Assembly (NCBI GenBank): GCA_964304625.1
Contig: OZ199839.1
Span: forward strand, 5,450,898 to 5,514,897
DNA: 64,000 nt
Direction of reading: 5' to 3'
From: Kudoa neothunni
Taxonomy: Eukaryota > Animalia > Cnidaria
A program made the position numbers and the translations under genes. Each line of letters opens with the position of its first letter. The first letter of the stretch is position 1. The notes beneath the pieces were generated by a model. It did no database searches. It saw nothing but the letters and a program-made list of their open reading frames with translations, and was not told the DNA's origin. Shown one piece after another: positions 38,136-50,319 of the stretch.

Positions 38136-40985
38136 ATTATAACTAATTAATGATTTTGAATTAAATTTATAATAAAACAATTTAATTAGTCGTAAATGTT
38201 TTGTTTGCCGCGAAAAGAATTAAAATTAAAAAAAATTATTAAATTGGAGCTATTAAACAACCTCATGAAGTTATAATTCTAATTATGTTTTTCTTCAAAG
38301 TCTACTTTGCAATTTAGCTATTCTTTTATTATTATATCCATCACAACTAGAGATACCTATTCACACATTTTGATTAGTTTTAATTTCCAGATTAATGAAT
38401 GTACTTCCAATTTTATTATTTTCTATTATGATGAGTGCAAAATAATTCTTAAATAAAACACATTCAATTAGAAACACAATGATACATTTTTCGCAGTAAA
38501 CACAAAAGCTTGTTCTAATATTAGGCTAATCTGTGGCAATAGTACTTAAAAGTTATAAAATCTCATTATCTATTAAAAACAAACAAAGTATAGACGCCAT
38601 TGTCATTTTAAAATATACTAATAACTATAAAATTGTCAAAAAACGTTTTATACGATATCTGCGAAATTAATTTCTATTCTTAATACCACCTTTATCTATT
38701 GTTTTGTTTATTATATAATATACGTTCAAACGAGTAATAGTATAAAGTAATCATTTCACTCATTTAAAAGTCTGCTTTTTATTTTTTTATAATATTTGCA
38801 TCTCAGAATCAAATACTACTAATTAACTATATAAGATAAAATATACAACGTTCATAAATAAACAAATTATTTTTATTCTTCGTATGTTGTTTATAAGAAA
38901 AGTACATTAGAATTTCGGCACATGCGTGTTTCTTGTTACAAGTACAAACCTCTCTTCATTATAATGAGATACACTTAACAAAATGATTATATAAAATAAA
39001 AAAAACTCACAGAATATTATTATTATTTAGATGTACACTTAAAGCAATATATACCTGATTAGAATTACAACAATCCGTTTGTTCGTCATATCTAATTAAA
39101 ATATGATACATAAATGTTGTTAAACAGTAATTTAAAAGTTAAAATTTATGTAAGATCATAACTTTAACTTAAAATCTAAGTATAAACGCATACAATTCAT
39201 CAATACTTCCATTTTCGTTAACTCTACGAGACATACCGAAGATAATTGTAACATAACCAAGACTGTTTCACATATTATAAAATCATTAATCGGGGGTTTT
39301 TATTTTGTATAATAATAAAGTTTTACGATTAGTAGTATATAAGATAAAATTAAATAACCGAATGCGTAATCACGTGGATTTTCATCGTGTTTATTCGGTC
39401 CTACGTTTTCAGATTTGACGTGGGATGATGTTGTCGCTGACTGATATAACCAAGTGTCTTGCACTAGATGGAATCCAGAATTCACAAGTAGGTATTTATT
39501 TGCTATTAACCTTCCTGATAATATAATGTTGACTTGTTAATAGTTTAGTATTTAATTTTTAAATATGTTTTTCCTTATGTATAATGAATACATTTTTATT
39601 ATTTTTTGTAATTAATGATCTACTAATCATCGGGGTTTGTATTAATGTCATTTGTACTTGTTGTTATTTTAAGAAAATGAATTAAATTACTTTCTTGGAA
39701 AAAGTTAACATTCTGTTGAAAGTATTCCCCTTGGAAGATTCATTCTCATTAATTCATGAGAAAATTTACATCGAACCTGAATAATGTGATGCAAATTATT
39801 CACGTTTATCCATCTTGTCATTCCTTTATTATTCATGATAATATTGTAAGTCCTTTATTATTATGTTTAAAATTATATTTGAGTTTACAATAGTAGCTGT
39901 AAATTAAAAAAAATGATAAATTGATAATATAGACAACAATTTATGTCGTATATTTAATCCTTTATAATATTTTTTTGTAATTATTTCTGAAATATCATAA
40001 GTTCGGGATGTAATACAAACAAAGACACTTAGGATATCAATTTTAATCTTTATTTCATTAAATTAATAATGTTGTCAATTTATTTTATGTTTATTCTTTG
40101 GAAATTTTTTGATTTTGATTTAAACGAATTACTTTCAAAGCAAATTTAAAAAATTTCTGATTATTTTAATTTTATTTTATGTAAATTAATTCATTATGAA
40201 TGTTTCTATGACCCATTTATTTTACTCTTGGTTAAATGAATAAAGAGTTTATTCGGGACATATATCTAATTATGATATTCGTTGAAAATTTTAATTAGTG
40301 ACATTCATTTGGCATACAATATTGTTTTTTACACGGCAGAAGTATTACTTTACTTATTTTTTTATATTTTTGGCAGAATTATTATTACAGCTATTATATA
40401 TTAAATCCAACGATTTAAAAACTAATATATAAAATAGAGTTGCATTTTCAATTTTTATTACGCTTGATATAAATTGTGTGAAATGAGTATATACGTCGGG
40501 CCTAATAAATTTGACATTGAAATACATTTTTTATTGTTTCGGATCATCATTGACTTTAAAAATTAAAATATAAATCTTTCGTTATTATAACATTTTTGGC
40601 TTGTATTCATACACTTAAATAATTGCTACTTTACATAAGATGAAAATAAAAAGTTTTAACAAATTTGCAACAAATGTCTACCAGTGATGCGATCTGAAGA
40701 AAATGCATTATAATAAACTTGAGATTATTAATCCCACCAAGATTTACGTTTTACGTATTTCAAGGTTAATTTCTTCTAAATAAGTTTCATATATAATGAC
40801 TTCTGTTGTTTACGAGACATAATTACATAAAGTTTTTAATATATATTCGTCTTATTTAATGATTTTTTAAATAATATTGCGTATCTTTTTCTTTTTGTTA
40901 TGTTAATTATTATCCTAAAAATATAATTAATTATGTTCTGTGTTTTAAATGTATCCTTTATTTTTTTGTATATATACTAATTTAA

Positions 40986-41793
40986 CCCTCTAATGAACTT
41001 GGGGTCTTTTGGACACCTGGTTTTTATTTACGACAGTTAATAAAAAATTATTTCAAAATGCTACATAAATTTTAGGAAATTTCTACCGGCTGAATTTTGA
41101 GAAAAAGATGATTCATTGGGCAAGTTAATATAATACTTCGTACAAGCTAGCTGGACGATAAAATCAAACATGATAGATTTTGCATGATTCGAATGCGAAT
41201 TCTTAGGTTTTTAATCTATTTTGGATGTTTAAATTAAACAATATAATATTTCTTGTTTCTACTAACCATTACTTGGTATTTCGTGGTAACAATCAAAGGA
41301 TCAGAATGTAACTAAAACATCCGATTCATATTGTTCCCATGAAATCGAAATAATGGAATCAAACTTTTAGAAAGTATTCTGCAAACGTTTACTCGCCATA
41401 ATGATAAATAATAAAAACTCGATTCATTAGTCGTGAGAATATTTTGGTCGATTTCGTTATTCGAGTAAGTATAATCTATGTTCAAAATACAAATCTATTG
41501 GCTTCGATATTCATTTTTTTGTTTCTTTTATGTTTATTATTCTCTCTATAGTATGAAATATTAATGATTTATTTAATCGAAAACTTACGAAACGTTATAT
41601 AAGCCTACCGAGTAGGGTTGTGTAGGATCAACTAGCTCAATGAATCACATTTTTTTTAAAATTCCTGTCGGTAGAAATTATTAAGTTTGTATGGCATTTT
41701 GGAATATTTTGTTATAACTATCGTAAAATAAAAACCAGGTGTCCAAAAGATCTCCAATTCGTTGGAGTGTAGTCGTTTTTATGTCTTAGAGGG
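40986..41793. mobile_element. piggyBac-type MITE (808 bp) with long subterminal inverted repeats
   Basis: TTAA|ccctctaa ... ttagaggg|TTAA. An imperfect ~130-bp inverted repeat includes ttttggacacctggttttt / aaaaaccaggtgtccaaaa. No ORF. Confidence 0.88.
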
Positions 41794-43740
41794 TTAAAGA
41801 TCATCATTTAGCTCCCTTTTATTAAATATTAATACCAATCGATGGTTTCGATTCTTGAAGCTTGCTATTTACTTTTGGCACTATTTGACTTTACATATTT
41901 CCATTTTTCTATAAATTTTTAGATCCTTAATAATAAAAGTTGTTTATGCATATTTTTGCGCGTTAAATATATTGAATCGTTTTTATTCTATAATGGTTAC
42001 TATTTATCTGCATTATCTATGCATTAAATATCTAAACATCTATAAATATTTTATTATCAAATATAAATATGATGTAAAAGTATTCATTAATAATTTATGC
42101 AAGGGGAAATTTCTTTATATTCTATTTACATATAAATATTCCAATATGTATCTGTAATGATTAAAATGCGCAGAATCAATGTGCAATGAGTTAAAATATT
42201 TCAGCACAGATTATTTAATTACTGAATAGACTTTACGTTCTATAATTATTTTTTTTATCCTGAAATAAATGTATTTTATTAAAGCGTTTTCAATAATTTT
42301 TTTATATTCTCCTTTTATATTGGTTTATCATTATTAACTTCATTTTTTTATTAGTTCTTTATGTATTTTACAAAGTTATGGTGTGTTTTTGTAGTATCTT
42401 AATACCAATGAATTTAATTTTTCGTGTAATAAGTAAAATTATCATTGTTATATTAAAGTTACCACTTTTATTTATTCTTCAAAGTATAACCCAAGGTTTT
42501 ATGCATTATCTGTGTTACGTATCTTTTTTCAATTTCGTCCACTATTTTTGATATCCTTCTTTAGTTATATAATTATAAAATATAGGACATGGGCAAAAAT
42601 GTGATGTTTTTTTTTATCATTAAACCAAAGAAATTTAGTCAATAAGTATTCATAAGGTTGGTAATTCTGGATGTATAACTTTCTATTCATTCATCAATTA
42701 TTATAATTTAATTTTATATAGATTTCATACGCAGTTTTATAATATTAGACTGAATATTGCGTGAAAATGCTGTTGATTTTCTTTTAATGTAATCGTTAGT
42801 TTTTATATCACTAATAATTCATTTTGCGATTGCATCGTCCTTAAATGATTAGTAACAGTTAAAATCCTTTATTCACGTATAAAAATGAGGTAATTTTAAA
42901 TAAAAATTTAAGTATATTAAATTAAATTTTTATTTTTCAATCAAATAAAAATTTTGTTGACTTTTTTTAGGCTTTTTATAAAATACATGATAACACAAAG
43001 GAATTTTCAAACTCTATAAAAAATTTATATGAAATAATAATGCAAATATATGTTTAGTATTAGTAATTACTCTAATGTTAAAATACTTAGATAATAATAA
43101 CTGTTAAAAAAAATAGAATAATGACCATATTTACCGAATAAAGATTATAATTAGTTCGGAAATTAATAATTAATCACGAATTTTTTAAATAAAATTAATG
43201 TGATATTGTTAGACCATTTAATGGTAGTAATACCGAAATTTCACTCAATAAATTATTTTTAATGTTAACGTTATGCACTTTCTACAATTAGTTAATTATC
43301 GCTTATATATAATATGAAATTCTTATTCTTGTAGAAAAGAGATTGATACAGTAGACAATCGCTGTGGTTATATTGTTATAACCCATCAAAATCAGAGTTG
43401 TCGACTTCAATTTTAGAATACATAAAACATGCTTTACTCGAAACGGCTTAATTGGCGATACATCCTGTTGACATAATCGCGAGGAGCTAGGAGTTCGACA
43501 TTAATAGATTACACCATTATTGTGATGAAAAATAGCAGTTGTCAAAGTTGGCCGCACTGCCCTATTGGAGGTGCGACGCTGATAAATACTCAATAATAAA
43601 ATATTCAACAGATCCGTTTTTATCCATTGCAGCTGATTTGGATTACGGTCACTATCCTGCAATTTAACCATAATAACGAATGTATGATGATAAAATAGGA
43701 TAAAAATTTTATTGAACTTATTCACGAACCCCCAGGTTAA

Positions 43741-46700
43741 CCTTCCCTGTACGGACTCAGAAAAAATCACGCCCTGTCCGAGGTGGGGTCACTGAGTGAC
43801 CCCAGTATAAACTTACCTTAATTAATTTTTCATTTTTCAAAACATAAATTATATGACATTTTCAACATGGTCAAATTCAGCAATGAACCATTTAAGGAAG
43901 CTTTTAGCTTATGTGGGGTAGAAAATGAGAATATTTATGAGTTAAGGCATCATGTAACCAAGCAAAGTTATGTGCATTAAAATTAAAACAAATTAACCAT
44001 TAAAAAGAATATATAGCAGTTAAATTAGATATAATATGTTACTGCTGAAAAATGGATATTTAATGTTATCACCGAAACCGGCAATATCACCACGGGAAGC
44101 ACAAACATTCGTTTACTTTCGGTTTAACGGAGATTATATAACTCAAATTCGAGATTTTCTAATTAACCTTACTACTAAGCGTTTCACTGATGAATTCATA
44201 AAAATATACAAATTTTAACTATACTGCATGTTTAAGCTGCATTCTTCGTTTTCTCCAATTGTTGTTATCCTTCGTTTGAATGTTGAATGTTAATTAACAG
44301 TTTTATTTTTAGCATAAAGAAAAACAAAATAATTATACCACAAAATATTACTTCAAACAGTTAAGAAATAATCCGTATGTAGCAGAACTGCATAAAAATA
44401 AAATGATCCTTTTTTTGAAACAAGATATAATGCTAGACGTTAAATAATTTAATTTTCCCACTAAATTATAGTTTTTCGTTCCAAAAGTAATACAGAACCG
44501 AAGATGCAATAAAATCAGCGTGTCATAAATGGCGCTTAAATAGTTACATTGAGTAAGATCTATAATATCATTGTTCAAAAAGAAGCTATTTGTTGCATTC
44601 AGTACGTATAATAATATTTTTTTGGGCTCTATGCTTTGCACACACGAATTTTCGACAATTGAAACACGTTAGCTTTGTTTTCTTGTCGACATTTCTTGGG
44701 CACAAGGAACATCTTTTTCTATTTAGTAATTGTGGTAAATTTGAGTTTATTGATTTATCATTATTATTATTATCGTTATTATTATCGCCAAAAAGGCCCA
44801 AACCATACTTTATGTAACTTGGCAATCTTTCAGAATTTGTTTGGCGACGAGAAACATTTTCTCTAGCCAAATCAATGGATAACTCTCTAATAAAGTATTG
44901 TCTCTTGCTTTTATTATTTTTTTGCCATTCAGGATATTTTTTGGTAAATAAGATATTAGTTTAAAACTGCAATGTCTAGCAGATCCATACAAATTTTCAT
45001 TGGCCATCTGCGTGTTGGTTTTGAACAGGAATAATGGACAGTCATTTTGTCCGCCATATCAACACCGCCTTTTGTTTTATTGTAATGAATAATTACACTA
45101 GGTCGTTTTCTCTCCTCATTTTCAATAGAACAACCGTTATGTTCGGTTGAGAGAAAATTCACAGCGTAATTTTTTTGGGGACATATGAGACCAAAGTGAG
45201 GTCTCCATGAAATCCAAAAGTTGACGAGAAAACCTCACGCCTAGGATTTTTGAGGAATTCTTGAGGAATCTCGCGTTTGTTGGGTCGGACAGTTCCAGTC
45301 AAAGCTATTCTATTTGAAATTAGTTCCCGGGCGAGTGGAATAGACGTAAAGAAGTTGTCGATTGTAACTCCTCGACATGTACCGTAAAAAGGTGAAACAA
45401 GATCTTTTACTACCCTTGCACCTTGGTTCATCTCTCTTAATCCACCAACCTTTCCCGTATAAGGCTGTATGTTTAGAAGATATGATATTTCGGCATCTGC
45501 GGCTACCCATAATTTGACGCCATAACGACCTGGCTTAGACTTCATATATACCCGGAAGGGACATTTCCCTCTAAATTTCACCAACCTTTCATCCACAGTG
45601 ATATAGGGCCCTGGCTAAAAATTTTTCAGACAATTATTATTGAAAGTTTGAAAAACGTTTCGGATCGCCTCGAAATTATCATTTGACTTTTTCTTACGTT
45701 CAGTTCTTGTAGCTTTATCATCAAATCGCAACATTTGATAAATATGTGTGAAATGATCCCTCGAAATTGCTGCCGCAAAAAAAATTGTTTAAATAAAGGA
45801 TTGCTATCCCACACATTCTGAAGTGCAAGAAATGATCTATTCAAGCGACCCGAGGCGAGTAAACGCCCAAAAAAGCCTTTAACTCCTCTACTGTTATTTC
45901 GTTACCGTTAAAACCTTTATATTGCTCACAATATTTATTCGTGCATTGCATTAACTCATCAAGAATATCACGAGAAAAAAAAACAATCCAAATGCTTCAG
46001 AGATAGTTTCGAAATTACCCATTTTCTCAAGAAATGTAGAGGATGGTGGTGAAATTTTGTTGTGTGCGCGGTTTTTTGTTCCTGTGCGATGCTTCAAACT
46101 CCATTGAAAACCACACCGAGAAACTACAAAGTCAGAATTTTCATTCTCAATGAAACAATCCAAATCATCATCAGATCTTTTATTTTCAGACTGGCTACTT
46201 AAATCTTCCAGGAAATCGTCAGTTGATGTATCAACAGATTCAGTGAACTCGTAGTCAGATTCACTATCAATGTCTGTAGAAGAATCGTCAATTAGTTTTT
46301 CTGCTTCGTCGTACATAATGTTTTACAAATACTAAATAATAAAAATTTATCATAACGTTCAAAAAATCAAGTTACGCTTTAGCTTTAAAATGTAAGACAA
46401 CCAACACAGAACAATAAGCGTGGGATTAGTGAAACGTTCGCAGATTAATTTTTTCTTATCTCAGATTACACTGATTATTGCTGTTAGAATTTGATATCTA
46501 CATTGAAATATAGGTAGATAATCGATTTAAAAACTTTTAAGAGAATAAAAAATGTAAATAATTCATTTTAGAAAATGTTTTATGTATAATGTTGTATACA
46601 ATTAACAACATACCATTTTAAACATTAAAAATTTTCATGTTTATAAAAAAAATTAAATATATAACTATTTTAAAATAAGAACCATATTGTCAAAAGAGCA

Positions 46701-46798
46701 TTCACGGGAGCGAATGTGGAGAAAATTATTATTTTAGGAGATTTGGAGAATAAACGCTTGTTGGGGTCACTCAGTGACCCCACCTCGTACAGCCAGGG
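43741..46798 (-). mobile_element. piggyBac element, near full-length, with frameshifted transposase (44586-46316)
   Basis: TTAA at both sides, and both ends carry gaggtggggtcactgagtgacccca. Motifs VDERLVKFRGKCPFRVYMKSKPGRYGVK, VTIDNFFTS, YNKTKGGVD and the Cys-rich domain RCSLCPRNVDKKTKLTCFNCRKFVCAKH. Confidence 0.95.
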
Positions 46799-49639
46799 TT
46801 AAGGACTACTGATACAAATATAAATTTGAACACATTCATCATCAATTGCATTGATTTTAGACCTGTATATTATTAAACCTTGAAAATGTTAGTTAAATGA
46901 CAGGTTAAACTATGCTTTGAATGTACTATTACCTGTCAAATAATTAGTTAATTTATATAATTGAATAAAGTGTTTTTTTTAAATCTGTTTATTAGTCCTA
47001 TCTGGTTTTATTTAAATTATCTTATTTATAGTAAATATTTGCGTACGTCAATTCTTCTTCGCCTGAATCTTCCGTTTTTTAAATCATCAAAATATTTGAG
47101 TTATTTATTATTTCAGGGTTATTCTCGGAATAATGCATACCATGATATCCAAGGTATAACTTAAAGAAATAGTTTTTACTTTATATCACGGTCATATATA
47201 TTTAAATGATATATGAAATATTTATTTCAATAAATAATACTAAAATGATACAATAAACTCGTTGATACAATGTTAGAATTTTTAATAAAGAAATTTATTT
47301 TTATGAATCAGTGATTTATATTAAATTTTATATCCGAAAACAATAATTAAAATAATTAATTACCTTACTTCCTTAAATAACAATAATCAAATAAATTTTA
47401 ATTTTTTCACGTATATTGGTATTAGTACAATAGTTTATAATAAGTTTACCTGAATATTTTAGATTATGATAAAGATAAATTTTTAAAATTACCTCATTAA
47501 TTTCTGAAAAATGTAATATATTTTAGCTGAAAGTTTTTTTATTTCCACTAAGAATGTTGGCCAACCAAATCAACTGTTTAATCCATTACGGATTGTAACC
47601 ATTTTTATTTCAATTACTCAGGAAGGTTTTTGTAGGTAGCTTTCTCTTTTGAATTTAAACATTCCGTTATTTAGATGTCACTAAACAACTTTTGATTTTG
47701 TGTCCTCCATAAAAAAGAGAGATGGATTTTATGATGGATAAATCCACGGGAAACATGCGTGACTATAGATAGCTCATGCATTATAAAACATTGTCAAATT
47801 TTTATCGAATTGGTTCATGATGATATGTTTTAATGTTTTCCAGTCTCATAATTGAATTCAAAGTACATATCCCTTGAAGGGTTCTTTATCTCTTCCAAAG
47901 GAACATTACAAGTGCAAAAATTAAACGTATATGGGCCATCAAAACGAGTCATATCCTTTTCTCCTTTTAAGAGGACCTAATTATAGTTAAAAAGGTGTAA
48001 AATGTTTTTATGATTCGTTTTTCATATAACATATTTACAATTGGGAAATATTCAAATTCGCACACCAAGATTCTGTTATACTATTACATTGCAAATATAT
48101 TATTTGTTGCTAGTCGAAATCATTTTCGACGATATCGATTTGCGGAAGTTATATTCTTTTTTTTGATGATACTTTCCAAATATAATCCCTTATGTTTACC
48201 TTAACATACTTTTCTTTCTTTTTCGACGAAGAACTTTATCAATCTAAATTATATTTCCTCAAAATTTCATTCTTTTTTATTAAAAACATACGAGACATTT
48301 GTTTTTTTTAAAACAAGATCTCAGTTATACTCTCTGCATTTTACCAATTATTGTAGTGGTTTAAATTGTTTTTTCCATGATATATAATAGAATGTTTTTA
48401 TACATTTCTTTATGGTCAACTTAAGAGATTTCTAGAGGCGATTGATTAAAAAAATTCCTCCTCCGTCGAGAAATTTTAGCTTCACAACTTTAGTCAAAAT
48501 TATGAACATTGATACAAATGTTCTTTTTTCAGAGTACTGTAAATATTTTGAGACAGTTCTGCTAATATTGAGATATTTTTTGGTTAACGAGAAGGAATTG
48601 AAATTAGTTCAAGTCAAACATCTTTCTAAGGACTCACATGGTATCTCAATTATCATTAAATAGGAAATAAACGATCGTTATCATTTATCACAATTTATAA
48701 TTCAGCGTATAACAAACTCGAATTACACTCTTGAACCGTGCTAATAATTTATTTCTGTTATATATTATTATGTTTGCGAACTCTGCTTTTTTAAATATTT
48801 GGTATAAAGTTAAATAAATAATAGATTAATTAGAGAGTTATTTAAATTTAGAATTTACAGTTTTCTACATGAAGTATTGCATATCAAAACAAACACTAAC
48901 TCATCTTCCCAGCCGATTGTTTTTCTAAATTTAGATCCAATTTTTTTGAATTCATGTCACTCTGGATTAAACCAATTCGTTAAAGCTTGAAGATAAAATT
49001 GGTGTACATGGAACCTTTTATTTATCTTAAGATGTTCAATCGAAAGATTTAGTTTGTTAGGAGGATATTTCTTCGTTTAGAAATTTAAAAATCCTACATT
49101 TTCCTGCGAGTTTAATCTTTATGTAGGTCTGCTTAAAGTGAACTTTCACTAACAAAGATAATAAAAAGAAGGAACCAATCGATTAATTTATCATTAATAT
49201 AGAATCATCTCCCGAAAAATTCTGCAATCAATGGAATGGTAGAACTCTGTAATTAATAAATTAGATTTATAAATCAATTTGTTTAATTTTAAGTATTCAT
49301 GTTTCCGAAACCTTATTTTTGACAATTCTCAATATTATGGTCAACAAGAGAAGAACATTCTCTTGATTAGAAATAACAGTTTCCAATTTACTATAATAAC
49401 CTTATAATTTTTAAACATAGAATTTACAGAACGATTTCAATGGAGTATATTTAATCTTTTTTTGTATTGAGTGCCCAAAGGTTTATTCACATAACTTTAT
49501 CTTAGATAAAATCAATATTTTTGAATGATAATTATATCTGCCATGAAATTAATAAAAAGTGTAGATTACTTATAGTAAATAGAAGATTTTAATGTTTTCA
49601 TAAACATTAGTTCCCAAAACTATGAATGCATATATTGGC

Positions 49640-50310
49640 TTAAAAGTTGTTTTCGGATGTTTCCAGAATCCCCAGCGATATATATGGATCTGCCTGTTTA
49701 CCAATGTTTATTAGTTTTAGGTTATGGTCCCATTATCACCTCATTTTCGACTGCCCATTGGCAGCTAAGGAGATGTGATTAGGAATCTCTCGATATCATT
49801 CCGCAGTTTACCGAACCTTCATTCCTTAAGGGAGGAGGCGTAGTGACGGTGTTAGGAGCTTGCCCGCCCTTATAACCTTTCCTAACGCTACAGTCTAATG
49901 GAATATTTTTTGTCGTCCCCCGTGTAGTTGTCTTCCCCAGGTCCCCCACCTCGTGGTTGCACTGGTATCGTTGCTAAGGTCTCCACTCTAGATACAACAC
50001 CCTGACTGCTACATTTCCTGCAGGTGTTCCGAGGACGCTTTCCACCCATTTTTGATTACCGGATCGGTATTTATTTGAGGTTTCGCGCCCAATATTGCTA
50101 CCAGGTTTGTCGAACCCTGTCATGGCCACGTCGCTTACAGTACTCGCGACGGGGTAAAGAATCTTTCCAGTAGAAATTATTGGTTGGTTAGATGGATTGT
50201 AACATTGACTCATTGTAACCATGATTTGTTTCGGGTGCCGGGGCGTTAACCCTGAACCCACCCTCATCTTATTGCATCCGGGCTTGGGACCGGTATATGC
50301 TGATTTACGA
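49640..50310 (-). mobile_element. GC-rich putative 5' region of a second non-LTR retrotransposon
   Basis: Minus-strand ccggtcccaagcccgg..gagggtggg (from 50293) resembles the 5'-end motif I recall from RTE-type and other LINEs. There is an abrupt GC shift and no RT downstream. Confidence 0.5.
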
Positions 50311-50319
50311 TTTTTACAT

